The notes beneath the pieces are model-generated. The model made no database searches. It was given only the letters and a program-made list of their open reading frames with translations, and was not told the DNA's origin. From positions 880 through 64,879 of the forward strand of contig CALIHP010000055.1 in the NCBI GenBank assembly GCA_938020565.1: 64,000 bases of DNA, in the 5' to 3' direction. The DNA comes from an uncultured Anaerolineaceae bacterium. Lineage in GTDB: Bacteria; Chloroflexota; Anaerolineae; Anaerolineales; Anaerolineaceae. The position numbers were made by a program, and so were the translations under genes. Below are positions 38,700-48,793 of this stretch, one piece after another (the first letter of the stretch is position 1; every line of letters begins with the position of its first letter).

Positions 38700-39713
38700 A
38701 TGAAGAAAATCAAGATCGGAATCATCGGCGCAGGGCGCATCGGACGCGTCCACGCCAACGCCTTAACCAACAGCATCCCGCAGGCAGAAGTCGTCGCCAT
38801 TTCGGATACGTTCGTCGCCGCCGCTGAAAAAGCCGCCGCCGACTTCGGCATCCCGCATTTCTACGCCGACTATCAGGAAATCCTGAAAAACCCCGAAATC
38901 GACGCGGTTCTCGTCTGTTCCCCGACGAATACTCACGCGCAGATCACGATCGAAGCCGCCAACGCCGGGAAGCATGTCTTCTGTGAAAAGCCGGTCGACC
39001 TGAAAATCGAACGCATCCTCGAGGCGAAAGCCGCCGCCGAAAAAGCCGGGATCAAGCTCCAGATCGGCTTTAACCGCCGTTTTGATCATAACTTCAGCCG
39101 GATCAGCCAGCTGGCGCGCGCCGGGGCGCTGGGCGAGCTTCAGATCCTGCGGATTACCTCGCGCGATCCGGAACCGCCGTCCGCTGAGTACGCGAAAAAT
39201 TCCGGCGGGATGTTCCTTGATATGACGATTCATGACTTCGATATGGCCTATTTTCTCGCGAATTCCGAAGTCGAAGAGGTTTTCGCCGCGACCGCCGTCA
39301 CCGTCGACCCCGCGATCGGCGCCGCCGGCGATATCGACACGGCCGTGATCACGCTCCGCTTCGCCAACGGCGCGATCGGCGTCATCGATAACTGCCGCAA
39401 GGCAGCGTACGGTTACGACCAGCGCGTCGAATACTTCGGGACGAAAGGCGCCGCCGTCGCTGAAAACGACCGCGAAACGAACGTCAGCGTCGCCACCGCC
39501 GAATCGGTCAGCAGCGATAAACCGCTGTATTTCTTCCTCGAACGGTACATGCAGTCGTTCCGGGAAGAGCTCTGCCAGTTTATCGACGCGATTGAAAATG
39601 ACAAGCCGGTGCCGGTGAATATCGACGACGGACTGCGTCCGATCCGGATCGCAATCGCCGCGAAAAAATCGTCGCTCGAGAACCGTCCCGTTCGCCTGAG
39701 CGAAATCGAATAG
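38700..39713 (+). CDS. iolG: myo-inositol 2-dehydrogenase
   Basis: GAGRIG, CEKP, GFNRRFD, SRDP, DMTIHDFD and YGYDQRVE motifs. Confidence 0.93.
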   Translation: MKKIKIGIIGAGRIGRVHANALTNSIPQAEVVAISDTFVAAAEKAAADFGIPHFYADYQEILKNPEIDAVLVCSPTNTHAQITIEAANAGKHVFCEKPVDLKIERILEAKAAAEKAGIKLQIGFNRRFDHNFSRISQLARAGALGELQILRITSRDPEPPSAEYAKNSGGMFLDMTIHDFDMAYFLANSEVEEVFAATAVTVDPAIGAAGDIDTAVITLRFANGAIGVIDNCRKAAYGYDQRVEYFGTKGAAVAENDRETNVSVATAESVSSDKPLYFFLERYMQSFREELCQFIDAIENDKPVPVNIDDGLRPIRIAIAAKKSSLENRPVRLSEIE

Positions 39714-39758
39714 CTCATTGCCGCAAAACCGCATAAAGACAACAACGGAGGAACCATT

Positions 39759-40562
39759 ATGAATCGCAGCCTTATCCCCGCCCGCCCGTTCGCGGACGGA
39801 TACAACGAAATCGTACGGCGCGGCGGAAGCCCGGACATGCTGATGGATTTCGGAATTATCCGGCTGAAAACCGGACAGGTCTATCAGAATAACGAACCGC
39901 TCGAACGCGTCCTCCTCCTGGTCCAGGGAGCGGTCGCCCTCGAATTCGCAGGCCAGGAGAAAACGATCGACCGAGCCAACTGCTTTGACAGCGCTCCCTG
40001 GGTGCTGAGTCTTCCCGCTGGCGAACCCGTCAGGATCACCTCGCTCCGCGACGATACCGAATTCACGTACAACGCGACCGAAAACGAACGCGCGTTTCCG
40101 CCGCGCCTCTACGCGCCGGAAGAAACTCCCGATGAATATCGGGGCGCGGGAACGATGAAAGAAACGTCTACGCGAATCGTTCGCACGACGTTCAACTACA
40201 CGAACGCACCTCATTCCAACTTCGTCATCGGCGAAGTCGTCGGCTTCCCCGGAAAATGGAGCAGCTACCCGCCACATCATCATCCGCAGCCGGAAATTTA
40301 CTACTATAAAACGATGCCCGAGGGCGGGCGCGCGTACGCCGAGCTCGGCGACGACGCCTATAAGCTCCGCGGCGATGATACGCTCCTGATTACCGAAGGA
40401 TTGACCCATTCGCACGTAACCTACCCGGGGTATGCGCTCTGGTACCTCTGGATCATCCGACATCTCGACGGCGCGCCATATATTACCCCGATCTTCGTAC
40501 CCGAATTCAAGTGGGTCGAAGCTCCGGACGCGATCATCTGGCCCGATAAAGCGGAGGAATAA
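39759..40562 (+). CDS. iolB: 5-deoxy-glucuronate isomerase (IolB/KduI cupin)
   Basis: GKWSSYPPHHH...EIYYY and PGYALWYLW motifs. Confidence 0.88.
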   Translation: MNRSLIPARPFADGYNEIVRRGGSPDMLMDFGIIRLKTGQVYQNNEPLERVLLLVQGAVALEFAGQEKTIDRANCFDSAPWVLSLPAGEPVRITSLRDDTEFTYNATENERAFPPRLYAPEETPDEYRGAGTMKETSTRIVRTTFNYTNAPHSNFVIGEVVGFPGKWSSYPPHHHPQPEIYYYKTMPEGGRAYAELGDDAYKLRGDDTLLITEGLTHSHVTYPGYALWYLWIIRHLDGAPYITPIFVPEFKWVEAPDAIIWPDKAEE

Positions 40563-40563
40563 A

Positions 40564-42432
40564 ATGACCCAACGAACTCGATTAACCATGGCGCAGGCGC
40601 TCGTCCGCTTCCTGGACCGCCAGTACATCTCGTTCGACGGGAAAGAGGAAAAATTCGTCGACGCCATGTTCGGGATCTTCGGGCATGGCTGCGTCGTCGG
40701 CGTCGGTCAGGCGCTCGAACAGGGCGGACACGGGATCCGCTTCCTGCAAGGGCATAACGAACAGGGAATGGCACACGCTGCGATCGGATACGCGAAACAG
40801 CTCAACCGCCGAAAAATTATCCCGTGCCTGTCGTCGATCGGGCCCGGCGCGATGAACATGGTTACCGCCTGCGGAACCGCAACCGCGAATCGGATCCCGC
40901 TCCTCGTCCTCCCCGGCGATACCTTCGCGACGCGCCAGCCGGACCCCGTCCTCCAGCAGGTTGAACATCCGAATTCGTTCGCAACGACGTCGAACGACGC
41001 CTTCCGCGCCGTCTGCAAGTACTGGGATCGGGTCGACCGTCCGGAACAGCTCATGACGGCAATGATTAACGCGATGCGCGTTCTGACCGACCCCGCCGAC
41101 ACCGGCGCTGTCTGCGTTGCGCTTCCGCAGGACGTCGAAGGCGAAGCGTACGACTACCCTGAATACTTCTTTGAAAAGCGCGTCTGGTATCTCGACCGGC
41201 GGCCGATTTCCGCGGCGCAGCTGGACCGCGCCGTCGCGTTGATTCGATCCGCGAAAAAACCGCTGCTGATCTGCGGCGGCGGGGTCCGCTACGCTGAAGC
41301 CGGCGACGCGTTAATTCGCTTCGCCGAAGCGCTGAACGTTCCGATCGCGGAAACGCAGGCCGGAAAATCCGTCGTACCCTGGGACCATCCGCTGAACGTC
41401 GGCGGTCTCGGCGTAACCGGCGGGAAAGCCGCGAACGTCCTCGCGAAAGACGCCGACCTGATCCTCGCGGTCGGGACGCGGCTGACTGATTTCACGACGG
41501 CGTCGAAATCCGCCTTTAAGAACCCTGACGCGCGGCTGCTCTCGATCAACGTCTGCCCGTTTGACGCGTTCAAAATGGACGCTGCCGCAATCATCGCCGA
41601 CGCGCGCGAAGCTTTAACAGCGCTGACCGCGTCGCTCAGCGCGACTGGATACCGTTCCGGCTATCAAGGCGAAATCGCGGCGGCGCGGGACGAATGGAAC
41701 GCGATCGTCGACGATTTCTATGCGCAGCCGGATACAGCCGCCGGGATGAGCCAGACGCGCGCGTTAGGCCTGATCAATTCACACATGAAACCCGCCGATA
41801 TCGCGGTCGGCTCCGCCGGATCGCTCCCCGGCGACATGCAGCGGCTCTTCCGCCCGGGGAACCGTGACACCTACCACATGGAGTACGGCTATTCCTGCAT
41901 GGGCTATGAAGTCAACGCCGCCGTCGGGGTCAAAATGGCCCAACCTGAAAGCGAAGTTTACGCGTTTCTCGGAGACGGCTCGTTCATCATGTCGCACAGC
42001 GAGCTGTATACCGCCGTTCAGGAGGGGTTAAAAGTCAACTTCATGGTCTTCGATAACGCCGGATGGGGCTGTATCGAGAACCTCCAGAACAGCCAGGGAA
42101 CAAAAACCTTCGGGACCGTTTTCAAAGCGCGAAGCGAGACGACCGGCCGCCTCGACGGCGGGCCGCTTCCGATCGATTTCGCCAGGATCGCCGAGGGCTA
42201 CGGACTGAAAGCCTACCGCGCCGCGACGAGCGCGGAGCTCGAAGCCGCGCTGAACGACGCGGAGACCCAAACCACTCCCTGTCTCTTCGATATCAAGGTC
42301 CGTCCGGGAACGATGACCCCCGGCTTCGAAAGCTGGTGGCGCGTTGGTACGGCGGAGGTTTCGACCGATCCAAACGTTCAATCGGCTTATGAAACCATGC
42401 GCAGGAAAATCAAGCTCGCCCGGGATTATTAG
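40564..42432 (+). CDS. iolD: THcHDO hydrolase (ThDP-dependent)
   Basis: [40 protein letters not shown] and WWRVG motifs. Confidence 0.95.
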   Translation: MTQRTRLTMAQALVRFLDRQYISFDGKEEKFVDAMFGIFGHGCVVGVGQALEQGGHGIRFLQGHNEQGMAHAAIGYAKQLNRRKIIPCLSSIGPGAMNMVTACGTATANRIPLLVLPGDTFATRQPDPVLQQVEHPNSFATTSNDAFRAVCKYWDRVDRPEQLMTAMINAMRVLTDPADTGAVCVALPQDVEGEAYDYPEYFFEKRVWYLDRRPISAAQLDRAVALIRSAKKPLLICGGGVRYAEAGDALIRFAEALNVPIAETQAGKSVVPWDHPLNVGGLGVTGGKAANVLAKDADLILAVGTRLTDFTTASKSAFKNPDARLLSINVCPFDAFKMDAAAIIADAREALTALTASLSATGYRSGYQGEIAAARDEWNAIVDDFYAQPDTAAGMSQTRALGLINSHMKPADIAVGSAGSLPGDMQRLFRPGNRDTYHMEYGYSCMGYEVNAAVGVKMAQPESEVYAFLGDGSFIMSHSELYTAVQEGLKVNFMVFDNAGWGCIENLQNSQGTKTFGTVFKARSETTGRLDGGPLPIDFARIAEGYGLKAYRAATSAELEAALNDAETQTTPCLFDIKVRPGTMTPGFESWWRVGTAEVSTDPNVQSAYETMRRKIKLARDY

Positions 42433-42467
42433 AGCCGGGAATGAATAAAAACGCGGAGAAAATTAAA

Positions 42468-43361
42468 ATGTTATCGACTGAAAAAGTTCGCTTGGGAATC
42501 GCCCCTATCGGATGGACGAATGACGACATGCCCGATCTGGGCGCGGAAAACACGTTTGAACAGTGCGTCAGCGAAATGGCGCTCGCCGGCTTTGAAGGCT
42601 GCGAAATCGGGAATAAATACCCGAAAGACTGGGAAACACTGAAACATAAACTCGACGTCCGCAAGCTGCAAATCTGCAACGCCTGGTTCTCAACGCTCTT
42701 CACCTCCCGCCCCTGGGAGGAAACGATCGCAGCGTTCATCGAGCACCGCGACAAGCTTCATTATCTCGGCGCGAAAGTTATCGGCATCTCGGAGCAGGGC
42801 AATTCAATTCAGGGAAAGCCAGTCCCGATCTTAGAGAATAAACCGGTCTACAGCGCGGAGGAATGGGACGTCGTCTGCCGCGGGTTCAACGAATTAGGAA
42901 AGCTGGCGAAGGAAAAAGGCATGTTCCTGACCGTCCATCATCACATGGGAACCGGCGTCCAGACCGCGGAAGAAATTGATTACCTGATGGATCATACCGA
43001 TCCGGAGCTCGTCTACCTGCTCTTCGATTCAGGGCATCTCAGCTTCGCCGGGATTGATCCGCTCCCTGTCCTGAAAAAGTATATTCACCGGACCAAACAT
43101 GTCCATCTGAAGGACCTGCGCTCAAAGGTCTGGGAAAGCGTCAAGGCTCAGAAGATGAGCTTCCTCGACGCGGTCCGCGCCGGCGTCTTTACCGTTCCCG
43201 GCGATGGCGACGTTAATTTCCTGCCCATCTTCGATGAACTGGCGAAAGCCGACTATCGCGGCTGGGTCGTCGTCGAAGCGGAACAGGATCCCGCCAAGGC
43301 CAACCCGTTTGAATATGCGCTGATCGCGCGCGAGTATATTCGCAAAACCGCTAAAATATAA
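42468..43361 (+). CDS. iolE: myo-inosose-2 dehydratase
   Basis: [30 protein letters not shown] and VEAEQDP motifs. Confidence 0.95.
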   Translation: MLSTEKVRLGIAPIGWTNDDMPDLGAENTFEQCVSEMALAGFEGCEIGNKYPKDWETLKHKLDVRKLQICNAWFSTLFTSRPWEETIAAFIEHRDKLHYLGAKVIGISEQGNSIQGKPVPILENKPVYSAEEWDVVCRGFNELGKLAKEKGMFLTVHHHMGTGVQTAEEIDYLMDHTDPELVYLLFDSGHLSFAGIDPLPVLKKYIHRTKHVHLKDLRSKVWESVKAQKMSFLDAVRAGVFTVPGDGDVNFLPIFDELAKADYRGWVVVEAEQDPAKANPFEYALIAREYIRKTAKI

Positions 43362-43401
43362 ATAATAGAAGCAGCTACGGAAAATAAGGAGAAAATTCAT
43401 C

Positions 43402-44424
43402 ATGGTAAAAGTTGGTGTAGCCGGGTACGGCGTCATCGGTCAGCGTCTGGCTGACGGCGTCGCGCTCCAGAAAGACATGCAGCTTGTCGGCGTCGCCGAT
43501 GTCGCCCCGACCCTCGCGATCCGCGCGCTGAAAGAAAAAGGCATGCCGTACGACCTGTATCTCGCGATTCCGGATCATCGCGCCCGGTTCGACGAACTCG
43601 GAATCCCCGTCAGCGGGACGCTCGAAGACCTGATTCAGAAATGCGATATCATCCTCGACGCGACGAACGCCGGGGTCGGCGCGAAAAATAAACAGCTTTA
43701 CGAGAAATACGGAAAGAAAGCCGTCTTCCAGGGCGGCGAAAAAAACAGCGTCGCCGACGTCTTCTTCCATGGGTACGCTAACTTTGAAAAGGGCGTCGGA
43801 AAGCAGTTCCTGAAATTGACCTCCTGCAACACGACCGGTCTGATCCGCGCCGTGGACGCGCTCGACCGCGATTACGGCGTTGAAAAAGTCGCAATTACGA
43901 TTATCCGCCGCGTCGCCGATCCAGGCGATTATCATCGCGGACTGACCAACGCGCTGCAGATCGACAAAGCTCCAAGCCATCAGGCCGTCGACCTGATGAC
44001 GATCATGCCGCACGTTGAAGCGACCGGAATCCTCGTCCATACTCCCGTTACGCATGGACATATCATCACCGTCCTCGCGAAAGGGAAACAGAAAATAACC
44101 CGGGAGATGGCGTTGAAGACGTTCAGGAACCATGACCGGATCCGCGTCGTCCGGATTGAAGACGGATTCCTCGGGAACGCTTCGTTCTTCCGCTACGCCC
44201 GCGACCTCGGAAACCCGCGCGGCGACATGTACGAAATCGGTTTATGGGAAGATTCGATCGTCGAATCCGGCGACGATATCATGTTCGCGATCAACATTCC
44301 TCAGGAATCGGTCACGATCCCCGAAACGATGGACGCGATTCGCGCCGCCTGCGGGATGCAGCCGGATCGGGCGTCCGGAACGGCAGCGACCAACGCCAAT
44401 TTAGGGTTAGGAAAATGGAAATAA
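43402..44424 (+). CDS. Type II (archaeal-type) GAPDH homolog, phosphorylating aldehyde dehydrogenase
   Basis: GYGVIGQR, FQGGEK, SCNTTGL, RRVADP, RGDMYE and QES motifs. Confidence 0.9.
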   Translation: MVKVGVAGYGVIGQRLADGVALQKDMQLVGVADVAPTLAIRALKEKGMPYDLYLAIPDHRARFDELGIPVSGTLEDLIQKCDIILDATNAGVGAKNKQLYEKYGKKAVFQGGEKNSVADVFFHGYANFEKGVGKQFLKLTSCNTTGLIRAVDALDRDYGVEKVAITIIRRVADPGDYHRGLTNALQIDKAPSHQAVDLMTIMPHVEATGILVHTPVTHGHIITVLAKGKQKITREMALKTFRNHDRIRVVRIEDGFLGNASFFRYARDLGNPRGDMYEIGLWEDSIVESGDDIMFAINIPQESVTIPETMDAIRAACGMQPDRASGTAATNANLGLGKWK

Positions 44425-44426
44425 AA

Positions 44427-45665
44427 ATGCGGTCCCTTGACGGGATCAACCTGAACGGGAAAAAAGTTCTTCTCCGTCCGGATATTAACTCGCCGATCGA
44501 TCCCCAAACCGGGGCCATCGTCAGCGACGACCGCATCGTCAAGACGATCCCGGTGATTCGGGAGCTGATCGACGGAGGCGCCGCAGTCGCGATCATCGCG
44601 CATCAAGGCGACACGCTCGATTATCAGAACCTGACCGATCTCTCGGCGCATGCCGCGCGGATCGAAGCGCTCCTCGGCCGGCCGGTCGAGTATCTGGACG
44701 ACGTTTGCGGCCCGGCCGCGATCGCGCGCGTCAAGGCGCTTCAGCCCGGCGAAATCGTTATTCTGGGGAACCTGCGCTACCTGACCGAGGAAGTTTCAAC
44801 GTTCGAAAAAGACGTCAGGCTGACCGCCGGGCAGTATGGAAAGACCCGCCTGGTCCGGCGCCTCGCGCCGCTCTTCGACCTGTACGTGAACGACGCTTTC
44901 TCCGCGGCGCATCGCAACGCGGCCAGCATGGTCGCGTTTCAGGAGCTGCTCCCGACGGCCGCAGGCCCGCTTCTTTTCCGCGAATACGGCGAGCTCTTCA
45001 ACGTTTTGCACAACGCCGTCAAGCCGGTTGTCTTCGTCCTTGGCGGCGCGAAAATTTCCGACGCATTCGGAATGATGAAACCGGTCCTTGAAAACGGGAC
45101 GGCTGATACGATCCTGACGACCGGCGTCACCGGAATCGTTTTTCTCGCCGCCGCGGGGATCCCGATCGGAGAAAAAGAAACGAACTTCCTCCGGGATAAA
45201 GATCTCCTCGGCTTTATCGACGAAGCGAAAAACTATCTCCTCGACTACCCGGAAAAATTCGCCCTTCCGCTCGACCTCGCCTTCGAAAAAGACGGATTGC
45301 GCGCCGAAACCGACGCCGCGGACCTTCCCGGCGACGCGCTCTTCCTCGATATCGGTCCGAAAACCGTCGCTTTCTACGCGAACGTCCTCGCAGGAGCGAA
45401 AACGATTTTCGCGAACGGTCCCGCCGGACTGTACGAGGACGAGCGATTCGCCGCCGGGACCCGGGGAATCTGGGAAGCGATCGCCGCTTCCGAAGGTCAT
45501 TCGGTTATCGGCGGCGGCGACACCGTCAGCTCTGCGTCCAGATTCATCGACCTCAGCAGGATCACCTACGTTTCGACCGCCGGCGGCGCGATGGTACGCT
45601 TTATGTCAGGAAAAAAGCTGCCGCTGATCATAGCGATGGAGAAGGCGTTTGCGGTGGGGAATTAA
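44427..45665 (+). CDS. Phosphoglycerate kinase homolog (divergent)
   Basis: DINSP, NLRY, NDAFSAAHR, LGGAK, DIGP, NGPAG, GGGDT and STAGGA motifs. Confidence 0.9.
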   Translation: MRSLDGINLNGKKVLLRPDINSPIDPQTGAIVSDDRIVKTIPVIRELIDGGAAVAIIAHQGDTLDYQNLTDLSAHAARIEALLGRPVEYLDDVCGPAAIARVKALQPGEIVILGNLRYLTEEVSTFEKDVRLTAGQYGKTRLVRRLAPLFDLYVNDAFSAAHRNAASMVAFQELLPTAAGPLLFREYGELFNVLHNAVKPVVFVLGGAKISDAFGMMKPVLENGTADTILTTGVTGIVFLAAAGIPIGEKETNFLRDKDLLGFIDEAKNYLLDYPEKFALPLDLAFEKDGLRAETDAADLPGDALFLDIGPKTVAFYANVLAGAKTIFANGPAGLYEDERFAAGTRGIWEAIAASEGHSVIGGGDTVSSASRFIDLSRITYVSTAGGAMVRFMSGKKLPLIIAMEKAFAVGN

Positions 45666-45749
45666 AAGACAGATTATACTTATAGCCGCGTCCGGTACGT
45701 ACAATCGATAGCGGGCGGATTCGATAAAAAGAGAAAGGATCAACGCATT

Positions 45750-46571
45750 ATGACGAAATTACAAGCATTTGCAAGGGATATCCGCATCCAGCAGATGATC
45801 GAGTTCAAGACCCGCGGCTTCGGGCATCTGGGCGGGTCGCTGTCGATAACCGACTGCCTCGCCGCGCTCTACGGCGAAATCATGAACATCGATCCCGGGA
45901 ATCCGAGCTGGGAGGACCGCGATCGGCTGGTCATGTCGAAAGGACACGCCGGTCCGGCGCTCTACGCGACCCTCGCTCTCAAAGGATACTTTCCGCTCGA
46001 CGTCCTGCTGACGCTGAATCAGAACGGAACGAAGCTCCCGAGCCATTGCGATAAGAATCTGACGCCCGGAATCGACATGACGACCGGTTCGCTCGGGCAG
46101 GGCGCGTCGACCGCCGCCGGAATGGCGCTCGGATTGAAACATTCCGGTAAAAAAGCGCGCGTCTATCTCATTATCGGCGACGGCGAAGCGCAGGAAGGCC
46201 AGGTCTGGGAGATGGCGCTTTTCGCGGCGCAGAAGAAGCTCAGCAACCTCATTCTCTTCCTCGACTTCAACAAGCGTCAGCTCGACGGGCGGACCGAAAC
46301 CATTGCTGACCTCGAAGACCCGACCGAAAAATTCAAGTCGTTCGGCTGGCACGCCGTTCGCATCCCCGGGAACGATCCCGACCGGATCGCCCGGACGGTC
46401 CGCGAGGTTCAGGCAGCGCAGGGCGAAAAGCCGGGCGCGATTATCCTGGATACCGAAAAAGGCGCAGGCGTTCAAAAGATCATTGATATCGAATTGAATC
46501 ATCATATCACCTGTTCCCCGGAACTTGCCGACGCGGTCATCTCCGAACTCGAAGCTCAGAAGAAAGGATAA
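45750..46571 (+). CDS. Split transketolase, N-terminal (ThDP-binding) subunit
   Basis: GHLGGSLS, SKGH, TGSLGQG and GDGEAQEGQVWE motifs. Confidence 0.93.
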   Translation: MTKLQAFARDIRIQQMIEFKTRGFGHLGGSLSITDCLAALYGEIMNIDPGNPSWEDRDRLVMSKGHAGPALYATLALKGYFPLDVLLTLNQNGTKLPSHCDKNLTPGIDMTTGSLGQGASTAAGMALGLKHSGKKARVYLIIGDGEAQEGQVWEMALFAAQKKLSNLILFLDFNKRQLDGRTETIADLEDPTEKFKSFGWHAVRIPGNDPDRIARTVREVQAAQGEKPGAIILDTEKGAGVQKIIDIELNHHITCSPELADAVISELEAQKKG

Positions 46572-46577
46572 TCCACA

Positions 46578-47543
46578 ATGTATAAAGTAATCTATACGGG
46601 CGAATTAGAAAAAGTCGCTGGAAAAGCCGTCTTCGGGGCGACGATGAAAGCGCTCCTCGCCGAGGATAAGGACGTCGTCTATCTCGACGCCGACCTGATG
46701 AACTCTGTTGGGACCGGCGGCCTCGAAACCCAGTTCCCGGATCAGGCGTTCGACGTCGGGATCCAGGAAGCCAACATGGCGGGGCTCGCCGGCGGTCTCG
46801 CCGCGGTCGGGAAGAAACCGTATATTCATACGTTCGGCTGCTTCGCCTCCCGACGCATGTTCGATCAGGTCTTCATCTCAATCGCCTATGCGCAGCTGAA
46901 CGCGCGGGTCATCGGCTCCGATCCGGGCGTGACCGCCGCTTATAACGGCGGAACGCACATGCCGTTTGAAGATATCTGCCTGTACCGTGCGATCCCGAAC
47001 ACGACCGTGATCGAAACGACCGACGCCGCGATGGCGGGCGCGATCCTGCGCCAGACGAAAGACCGGCCGGGCGTTACCTATATCCGTCTTTCGCGGAAGA
47101 ATCTTCCCGCTATTTACGAACCGGGTTCAACGTTCGAGATCGGGAAAGGGAACGTCCTCCGGGACGGAAAAGACGTCGCATTTATCGTCGCCGGCCTGCT
47201 CGTCGCCGAAGCGCTGAAAGCCGCGGAGGAGCTCGAAAAAGAGGGGATCTCCGCCGCCGTCATCGACATGTTCACGATCAAGCCGCTCGACGAAGCGCTG
47301 ACGCTCGAATATGCGAAGAAAACCGGCGCGATCGTGACCGGAGAAAACGGAAATATCGTCGGCGGATTAGGCGCGGCGGTCGCCGGGTTCCTGAGCGAGA
47401 ACCGTCCGACCCCGGTCGTCCGAACCGGCGTTCAGGACCGCTTCGGACAGGTCGGCGCACAGAATTTCCTTCAGGAGGAATACGGCCTGACTGCGAAAGT
47501 CCTGATCGAAAACGCGAAAAAAGCGATCGCGCTGAAAGGGTAA
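46578..47543 (+). CDS. Split transketolase, C-terminal subunit
   Basis: DADL, GIQEANM, NGGTHM, TIKPLD and GGLG motifs. Confidence 0.93.
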   Translation: MYKVIYTGELEKVAGKAVFGATMKALLAEDKDVVYLDADLMNSVGTGGLETQFPDQAFDVGIQEANMAGLAGGLAAVGKKPYIHTFGCFASRRMFDQVFISIAYAQLNARVIGSDPGVTAAYNGGTHMPFEDICLYRAIPNTTVIETTDAAMAGAILRQTKDRPGVTYIRLSRKNLPAIYEPGSTFEIGKGNVLRDGKDVAFIVAGLLVAEALKAAEELEKEGISAAVIDMFTIKPLDEALTLEYAKKTGAIVTGENGNIVGGLGAAVAGFLSENRPTPVVRTGVQDRFGQVGAQNFLQEEYGLTAKVLIENAKKAIALKG

Positions 47544-47565
47544 GCGGCCTTTCCGTCAAATCGAC

Positions 47566-47628
47566 AACGGGCGCATCGTGCAGCGATCGCGAAACCGATC
47601 GTAAAGCAATTCCGTTGCGCCCGTTTTT
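47566..47628 (+). terminator. Long hairpin with T tract after the transketolase genes
   Basis: AACGGGCGCA ... TGCGCCCGTTTTT. Confidence 0.45.
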
Positions 47629-47683
47629 GATTCATTCTCGAAGCCGGATATTGGGAGAAAGCCAGAAGGACAGGCGGCTATCG

Positions 47684-48682
47684 ATGGAAAACGTAACGAT
47701 TAAGGATATCGCCGGCGCATGCGGCGTTTCATATGCGACCGTCTCGCGGACGTTGAACCGGCGCAGCGGCGTGCATCCGGCAACGCGCGAGAAGATCCTG
47801 CGCGTTGCTGACCGCCTTGGCTATTCCCCGAATCTCCACGCGCGCAGCCTGAAAACGCAGAAAACCCGGATTATCGGGCTGATTCTGCCCGATATCTCGA
47901 ACCCGTTTTTCGCCGATATCGCCTCGTCTGTCAACGAAATCGTTTATGGACAGGGATACAACTCGATCCTTTGCAGCACGGACTGGAACGCGTCTATCGA
48001 AGAAAAGCAGCTTTCGCTCCTGATCGACCAGCGGGTTGACGGGCTGATCTTCAAGCCCTCTCCCGATCTGTCCGACCGTTACGCCGAACTTCCGCTTCCG
48101 AAAGTCATGATTTCCAATGCGCAGGATCCTCGATTCAACTGGGTTGAAATCGACAACGTCGAGGGCGGACGGATCGCCGCGGATCACCTGATAACCGGCT
48201 GCGGCTATCGGTACCCTGCGTTTATCAGCGGCGCCCGCGCTTCCCGCTCAAATCAGGATCGCCTCCAGGGCTTCCGCCAACGCTTAGCCGAGCTCAGCGT
48301 CCCGCTTCCCGATGAACGGATTTCTTTCGGCGCATATTCAATCGAAAGCGGGTACCGGTCCGTCGAAAAGCTCGATCGAGACGGGTCAGAGGCGGATTGT
48401 TTCTTCTGCGGGAACGACCTGATCGCGCTGGGCGCGCTCCAATATCTCTCCGAAAAGAATCGCCCGGTTCCGGGCCGCTTCGGCGTTGTCGGATTTGACG
48501 ACGTATATTTCGCCTCCCTTCCGCAGATTCAGCTGACGACCGTTCGGCAGCCACGCCGCAGGATCGGCGCGCTCGCCGCTGAAACGCTGAGCCGCATGAT
48601 AGAATCCGAAGAAAAACCGGGAACGACCCAGATCATGCTCCAGCCTGAGCTCGTCGCCCGTCATACGACCGCCGCGCATTAG
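47684..48682 (+). CDS. LacI-family transcriptional regulator
   Basis: TIKDIAGACGVSYATVSR, YSPNLHARSL, NPFF, VGFDD and LTTVRQP motifs. Confidence 0.95.
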   Translation: MENVTIKDIAGACGVSYATVSRTLNRRSGVHPATREKILRVADRLGYSPNLHARSLKTQKTRIIGLILPDISNPFFADIASSVNEIVYGQGYNSILCSTDWNASIEEKQLSLLIDQRVDGLIFKPSPDLSDRYAELPLPKVMISNAQDPRFNWVEIDNVEGGRIAADHLITGCGYRYPAFISGARASRSNQDRLQGFRQRLAELSVPLPDERISFGAYSIESGYRSVEKLDRDGSEADCFFCGNDLIALGALQYLSEKNRPVPGRFGVVGFDDVYFASLPQIQLTTVRQPRRRIGALAAETLSRMIESEEKPGTTQIMLQPELVARHTTAAH

Positions 48683-48793
48683 CGCCGGCCCGCCGTTTCC
48701 GTATCCGAGATCAAACGGCAGGGCCTCATCCCGCCATGGCGGATGAAACGTAAAAACCAGGCTATCAAAAACCCGCCAGACCAAGGAAACGCC

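Noticed and set aside
38763..40667. 634-aa antisense ORF over iolG-iolB
   Set aside because: Shadow ORF produced by biased codon usage on the sense strand; no recognisable motifs, and it fully overlaps clear genes.
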